DNA of 64,000 bases, taken from Synergistaceae bacterium. GTDB lineage: Bacteria; Synergistota; Synergistia; Synergistales; Aminobacteriaceae. The notes under the pieces were generated by a model. It worked only from the letters and a program-made list of their open reading frames with translations. It ran no database searches and was not told where the DNA came from. The translations under genes were made by a program, and so were the position numbers. The DNA lies in NCBI GenBank assembly GCA_031280275.1, contig JAITGX010000049.1, positions 4,168-68,167 of the forward strand, in the 5' to 3' direction. Below are positions 57,709 through 64,000 of this stretch, piece by piece. Numbering within the stretch: position 1 is the first letter of the stretch; every line of letters begins with the position of its first letter.

Positions 57709-58057
57709 ATACTCTTTTTATTAATATGCTCCTAAAGTGACATTGTACTGCCACTTTCGTTTAAATAAGAAAGTAAAATGGCGGACAGGGTGAAGGGGAA
57801 TCGAAAACAATCATCGCGGCGAAAGGCAACGGCTCGATGGAATTATGTTTACTCTCGTTATGTTTGTCCTCTGTTGCTTGACTTACCGAAAAGTATGGTA
57901 TAATACAGAGCAGTTCGTTTTGGTGGATTGGCCACATGTGTTCCTGGAGCTCCAAAGGGCGCGGGTTTTGTCCAAAGAAACGCCCAAGTGGGTGAGTCGC
58001 GATGAACATCTTTGCAAATTCGGCCTTTGGCTGGATTTCAGTGCAGGAGTGATGTAG

Positions 58058-59584
58058 TTGAAGACGTCCAGACGCCGAAGCGTGTCATCATCTTCAGAAA
58101 TTCGATGGGGTTTTGGTCTCCTGATAGTGTTGATGTTTGGGTTGTCCGTCTTTCTGATTGTGTCTGCGGGGAGCCGTTTTTCGGGCATTGCGTGGGGCGG
58201 CCTTGTGGATCAAGACAAGGACGCCTCGGATTTTTTAGTGATGGATTTAAGTGACGCCGCTTACGCGGAACAGCCTTCCGAGGCGCGGTACGCGTCGGCG
58301 AACTCGGTTGGAGCAGGGGAAAGCCGTTTAAAGCCCCCCCAGGAGTTGGATGCTTTCGTGGCCTTTCCCGATGCCGAGAAAATGGACCTTCCCTTTGCCT
58401 CCGCCATGGCGTCCCTGCGGCTTCCTGAGACCATCGACGAACCGACGGGGCCGCTGGGTTTTCTGCCCACCAGCCTCTCGGATTTCGAGTCCATCGTCCT
58501 CAACGTCACGGAGGATGGGCTGCGTCTGCCGGACGACCTGGAGGACATTCCCGGCATGGAACTCCTGAGCGATGATATCATCTTCACGGAGGTCGGGATC
58601 AACTGGAAAGAGCACGTGGTCAAGTCCGGTGAAACCCTTTCCGATATCGCTATGCGCTATGGCGGACTCACAATTCAGGACATTCTTCGTGTCAACGACC
58701 TGAAAGACCCCAACCGTCTGGCGGAAAAACAGCTCCTTCTTATCCCCAATGGGCCTCAATATGTGGACGACACGATGGAGGAAGTACGGACGCGGAAGGC
58801 TCGCGTGGCCGCCCTGCGGGAACAGGTGCGCCCCCTCAAGGTTACTTCTTACACGGTCGTAGCGGGTGACAGCCTTTGGTCCATAGCCAACACCCAGAAT
58901 CTGGAGGTGGACACGCTGGTGGGGAGCAACGCTTTCAAGGACTCCTCTTTGCTGCACCCGGGCAGTATCTTGAGGATACCCAACCAAGACGGGATTTTCT
59001 ACCAGATTAAGAAGGGGGATACCGTCGAAAAGGTCGCCAGACGGTACCAGGTGGCTCTCGACAGGATTCGCAAGGTCAACCCCACCGTAGACCTGGTCTC
59101 GCTGAAGGCAGGCGTCGAGGTATTTCTGCCCGGCGCGCGTCCCGAGGCGATAGTGGACGCTCAGCCCAAAAAGCCGAGCCCTTCGAATCAAAAGGCCTCG
59201 CGCACCTATCGTTGGCCTCTGATGGGCAGGATCAGCAGCGGCTACGGCTGGCGGCGTCACCCCATCACACGGCGGAGGGACTTCCACACGGGGCTCGACA
59301 TCAAGGCCAACACGGGAGTGGTTATCCGCAGCTCTCGCGAGGGGCAGGTGATTTACGCCGGCTGGATGGGCGGCTACGGTAAGGTGGTGGTGGTAGAGCA
59401 CGGCAGCGGGCAGAAGACCCTCTACGCTCATTGCAGCTCAATTTTGGTAAGGGAGGGCTCCCGCGTTTCCGTTGGGCAAAACATCGCCCGCGTCGGATCT
59501 ACAGGAAGAACCACGGGGCCGCACCTTCACTTCGAGGTTCGTAACGGCAACAACCATATAAATCCGCTGAGATATTTGAAATAG
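58058..59584 (+). CDS. Membrane-anchored LysM-domain M23 family metallopeptidase
   Basis: N-terminal TM. Three LysM repeats (HVVKSGETLSDIAMRYG, YTVVAGDSLWSIA, YQIKKGDTVEKVARRY). M23 motifs HTGLDI and GPHLHFEV. The TTG start is uncertain. Confidence 0.85.
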   Translation: MKTSRRRSVSSSSEIRWGFGLLIVLMFGLSVFLIVSAGSRFSGIAWGGLVDQDKDASDFLVMDLSDAAYAEQPSEARYASANSVGAGESRLKPPQELDAFVAFPDAEKMDLPFASAMASLRLPETIDEPTGPLGFLPTSLSDFESIVLNVTEDGLRLPDDLEDIPGMELLSDDIIFTEVGINWKEHVVKSGETLSDIAMRYGGLTIQDILRVNDLKDPNRLAEKQLLLIPNGPQYVDDTMEEVRTRKARVAALREQVRPLKVTSYTVVAGDSLWSIANTQNLEVDTLVGSNAFKDSSLLHPGSILRIPNQDGIFYQIKKGDTVEKVARRYQVALDRIRKVNPTVDLVSLKAGVEVFLPGARPEAIVDAQPKKPSPSNQKASRTYRWPLMGRISSGYGWRRHPITRRRDFHTGLDIKANTGVVIRSSREGQVIYAGWMGGYGKVVVVEHGSGQKTLYAHCSSILVREGSRVSVGQNIARVGSTGRTTGPHLHFEVRNGNNHINPLRYLK

Positions 59585-59610
59585 GCGTAAAAAGGACGGG
59601 GAACGAAAGG

Positions 59611-59656
59611 GCTGGACCAGAAAGTTTTTTTTTTCTGGTCCAGCTTTTTTGTTTTT
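59611..59656 (+). terminator. Intrinsic terminator after the M23 peptidase gene
   Basis: gctggaccagaaa(N8)tttctggtccagc perfect stem followed by ttttttgttttt. Confidence 0.75.
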
Positions 59657-59673
59657 CGGGAGGGGGTAAGTAA

Positions 59674-61275
<1,602 letters not shown>

Positions 61276-61286
61276 CCCCAGGACAA

Positions 61287-61303
61287 AATGGGGTTCTTAG
61301 GAG
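61287..61303 (+). repeat. Short internal fragment of the MITE/REP-like element
   Basis: aatggggttcttaggag matches the consensus just inside the left TIR. Lies between pyrG and waaA. Confidence 0.4.
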
Positions 61304-61306
61304 CCG

Positions 61307-62608
61307 ATGAACAGACAATTGGAGGCCGAGATGGACCGGGATGAATCGGAGACGTTGGCGGCCCTTGAGGCGTGGCCTTACCGGTTGGGGATGGGAGTTT
61401 ACCGGATGAGCATCTCCGCGTTTTTCGCGTGGGGAGGGCTTTCCCAACTCAAGAAAAAATACAAGGTGGGACTGAACGAGCGCATGGGGGAGTTCGGACC
61501 CGGTGCGCCGCGGGGGGCCTTGTGGGTTCACGCGGTGTCGGTGGGGGAGGTGCAATCGGCGCTTTCCCTCCTTATGGCGGCGAAGGGATTGCCCCACGTC
61601 CTTTCCACCGTGACGGCGACGGGCCGAGAGATGGCGGAAAAACTGGCTTTGTCCTGCGCCGACGCGATGATCTACAGCCCGTGGGACCTTCCGCGCTTCG
61701 TGAATCAAGCCCTGGACGCGCTCCAGCCCAAGGCCTACGTGGCGATGGAGACGGAGCGCTGGCCCAACATGCTGGCCGCGCTGAGGGAGAGGAAGATTCC
61801 CGCATTTCTGGTCAATGGCCGGCTCTCCGCGGAGAGCGCCCGGAAGCTCCAGAGGATGCGGCGCTTCTGGCGCGGCGTGCTGTGCTGTTTCGAGCGCCTG
61901 CTGGTTCGGTATGACTCCGACAAAGAGGCGTTTTTGAACCTGGGCGTCCCGGAAGGGAAGATCATCGTGACGGGCGACTGCAAGGTAGACGCGATGCTCG
62001 CGCGTAAAGACGCGGTGGACGCCGGAAAATGGACGCGGCTGCGGCGATGCAGGGCCCCCCTGTTCCTAGCGGGCAGCACCCACGAAGGGGAGGACGAGGC
62101 CGTTTTCGACGCCTTTGGGAGGGTACAGAAGACGTTCCCGGCGGCGCGCCTTGTCGTCGTCCCGCGCCACCCCCAGCGAGCGCCCAGGGTGGCCGCCGCC
62201 GCTCAGGCTTATGGAAAGACGGCCCTCCTGTCAGCAGAGACGCCGGATTGGGACGTTTTGGTGGTGGACAAAATCGGTGTACTGTTTGAGCTTTACTCCG
62301 CCGTGGACGCGGCCTTTGTCGGCGGCAGCCTGGTTCCAAAGGGCGGGCAGAACCTGATGGAACCCGCGCTGTTCGGGGTGCAGGCAGCTCACGGCCCGTA
62401 TATGGAAGACTTCCCGGACACCGCTCGGATGGACCGGCTTGGGGCGTCGCGCACCGTGATGAACGCGGAGGACCTCGCGGATGCCTGGCTGAGGGCGATA
62501 AATCCCGAGGAAAGGGAATGGGCGCGGCGGGCCTGTCAGAAGTACTTAGGTTCCGTAGGCGGCGCCGCCCAACGCTGCTGGGATATCCTATGCTCACGGA
62601 TCTCATAG
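61307..62608 (+). CDS. waaA: 3-deoxy-D-manno-octulosonic acid (Kdo) transferase
   Basis: LWVHAVSVGEVQSALSLL is the hallmark N-terminal motif, and the C-terminal GGSLVPKGGQNLMEPA fits. Implies an LPS-bearing diderm. Confidence 0.85.
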   Translation: MNRQLEAEMDRDESETLAALEAWPYRLGMGVYRMSISAFFAWGGLSQLKKKYKVGLNERMGEFGPGAPRGALWVHAVSVGEVQSALSLLMAAKGLPHVLSTVTATGREMAEKLALSCADAMIYSPWDLPRFVNQALDALQPKAYVAMETERWPNMLAALRERKIPAFLVNGRLSAESARKLQRMRRFWRGVLCCFERLLVRYDSDKEAFLNLGVPEGKIIVTGDCKVDAMLARKDAVDAGKWTRLRRCRAPLFLAGSTHEGEDEAVFDAFGRVQKTFPAARLVVVPRHPQRAPRVAAAAQAYGKTALLSAETPDWDVLVVDKIGVLFELYSAVDAAFVGGSLVPKGGQNLMEPALFGVQAAHGPYMEDFPDTARMDRLGASRTVMNAEDLADAWLRAINPEEREWARRACQKYLGSVGGAAQRCWDILCSRIS

Positions 62609-63351
62609 CGGCGGCGGCCGCCGCGCTTTCGTTTTTAACGGTGCTCCCCGCGCCGCGTACCGAGTGGACACCCGCGCGGCTTCGGTACTTTCCCGTTGTG
62701 CTGCCCTTGGCGGGGCTGGTCGTAGGAGGATTGGGGGCGCTCCTCTTCGCGGGATTCTCTTGCTGGGGGGCCTCCGCGACGCTTCGCTCCGTGCTGATGG
62801 CGCTTTTTTACCTTTTCATCACGGGAGGACTCCACATGGACGGGCTTATGGACACGTGCGACGCGGTGTTTTCCAGACAAGGACGGGAAGAGCGCCTCAG
62901 AATTCTCTCGGATGCCTCCGCCGGGGCCTTTGCCGTTATGGGCTGCGTCACCGTCCTCCTGCTGAAAATTGGAGCGTTTTCCGAACTGCTCGGCGTTGAG
63001 AGAATAAACGTTTCCGCTGCGCTGACGTTTCTGCCCGTTTATTCGCGCTTGGGGGTGGGGGTGCTTTTTTACCTGCCCTTCGCGCGGGAGGATGGGTTAG
63101 CCTTGACGCTGGGAAAGGCGCGGCTTCCGGCGGGACGCCTTCTCCTCCTGGCGGGGGGCGCGGCGCTGACGGCCGCCGCGATATCGTTTCTGGGTCCGCG
63201 GTGGCTTGTGGTTCCCCTCACCGGAGGGGTGTTTCTTCACTTTTATAAGCGCTGGTGCGTCAGGGTTTTCGGCGGGATCACAGGTGATCTGCTGGGCGCG
63301 TTTGTGGAACTCTCAGAAACACTAATGCTTCTGGCGCTCGTTTTCGCGTGA
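62590..63351 (+). CDS. cobS: Adenosylcobinamide-GDP ribazoletransferase (cobalamin synthase)
   Basis: FLTVLPAP, GGLHMDGLMDTCD and GGITGDLLGA motifs in a polytopic membrane protein. ATG at 62590 overlaps the waaA end by 19 nt. Confidence 0.85.
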   Translation: MLTDLIAAAAAALSFLTVLPAPRTEWTPARLRYFPVVLPLAGLVVGGLGALLFAGFSCWGASATLRSVLMALFYLFITGGLHMDGLMDTCDAVFSRQGREERLRILSDASAGAFAVMGCVTVLLLKIGAFSELLGVERINVSAALTFLPVYSRLGVGVLFYLPFAREDGLALTLGKARLPAGRLLLLAGGAALTAAAISFLGPRWLVVPLTGGVFLHFYKRWCVRVFGGITGDLLGAFVELSETLMLLALVFA

Positions 63352-63367
63352 AAGAGAGAGCAAGGTC

Positions 63368-63763
63368 ATGCACCTGATCATCGGCGGCAAGTACATGGGA
63401 AAGCTGGACTACGCGCGGAGGCTCTACGGCGAGGACGTTTCCATCTGTGACCTGGCTGCCGCGGAGCCGGAGGAAGTTTTCGCGGCGGCGGCGCGGGTCT
63501 TCGTGAACCTCCAGGACGGCGTAAGGCGGATGCTGGAACGGGGGGAATCCCCACTGAATTTCTTTGAAAGGAACCTGGGTCGCCTGGCGGACAAGGTTTT
63601 GATCGGCGACGAAGTGGGATCGGGAGTCGTGCCCGCCGATCCTTTCGAGAGGCTTTGGCGCGACGAGACAGGCCGTCTTTACCAGCTCTTAGCGGCCCAA
63701 GCAGAGCTGGTAGACCGGGTATGGGCGGGCCTGCCCTCTAGATTAAAGGGTATTCTGGTATGA
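63368..63763 (+). CDS. Short CobU-like protein (adenosylcobinamide kinase/guanylyltransferase family, truncated/degenerate)
   Basis: N-terminus LIIGGKYMGKL (GxxxxGK but Leu instead of Ser/Thr). C-terminus LIGDEVGSGVVPADPFERLWRDETGRLYQLLAAQAELVDRVWAGLP resembles the CobU C-terminus. 131 aa, against roughly 180 typical. Confidence 0.5.
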   Translation: MHLIIGGKYMGKLDYARRLYGEDVSICDLAAAEPEEVFAAAARVFVNLQDGVRRMLERGESPLNFFERNLGRLADKVLIGDEVGSGVVPADPFERLWRDETGRLYQLLAAQAELVDRVWAGLPSRLKGILV

Positions 63764-63835
63764 TGGTGTGACGGTTGCCTCGCGGGTGGAGCAGGACTTC
63801 GACACTCAATATTGAGGGCTGCGGCGGAGGTTTGT

Positions 63836-64000
63836 ATGAACACTATGAACATATTGAAACGCGCGCAAGAGGTGGAGCCGAGGGTGCGGGAGTGGCGCCG
63901 CCATATTCACGCGCATCCGGAGCTGGGGATGGAAACGGAGGTCACGGCGTCTTTCGTGGAGAAGATTCTGGGAGAGATCGGCATAAAGGACGTCCGGCGC
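63836..64000 (+). CDS. M20D-family amidohydrolase (3' end runs off the window)
   Basis: EWRRHIHAHPELGMETEVTASFVEKILGEIG is the typical N-terminal pattern of the family. Confidence 0.6.
   Translation, partial: MNTMNILKRAQEVEPRVREWRRHIHAHPELGMETEVTASFVEKILGEIGIKDVRR

Overview
High-GC bacterial chromosomal segment. The gene content and the Cys-containing C-terminal sorting tails suggest a Synergistota-like anaerobic diderm; that assignment is inference only. Most of the window is housekeeping: a nine-gene V-type ATPase operon, yajC-secD-secF, topA-trmFO, rlmN-uvrB, pyrG-waaA, rbsK, comM/yifB and tRNA-Arg(CCT).

Five things stand out.
1. An operon at 1025-8253 is chained by four ATGA stop/start overlaps. 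It encodes a signal-anchored PBP-like/CbiZ fusion, an apparently exported and C-terminally anchored CobN-family chelatase, and ExbB-ExbD-TonB. There is no ChlI/ChlD-type AAA+ partner and no TonB-dependent receptor in view.
2. A family of about 95-bp nested-palindrome MITE/REP-like elements has 18-nt terminal inverted repeats (TAAGGAAGCGCTGATTAA). There are 10 copies plus fragments. They sit at gene ends, supply three stop codons, and bracket visibly AT-richer cassettes.
3. One such cassette is a type III R-M island (mod, a small antitoxin-like gene, res) bounded by element-derived direct repeats.
4. A cobalamin riboswitch with a terminator attenuator lies upstream of a signal-peptide-bearing cbiK.
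5. A minor-pilin/PilY1-like operon lies next to the tRNA gene, and there are secreted proteins with Synergist-CTERM-like tails, one of them a frameshifted remnant.

Corrinoid-related genes are scattered through the window: cbiZ domain, cobN-like, cbiK, cobS and a cobU-like gene. All calls were made by eye from the sequence and the ORF track. No searches were run.
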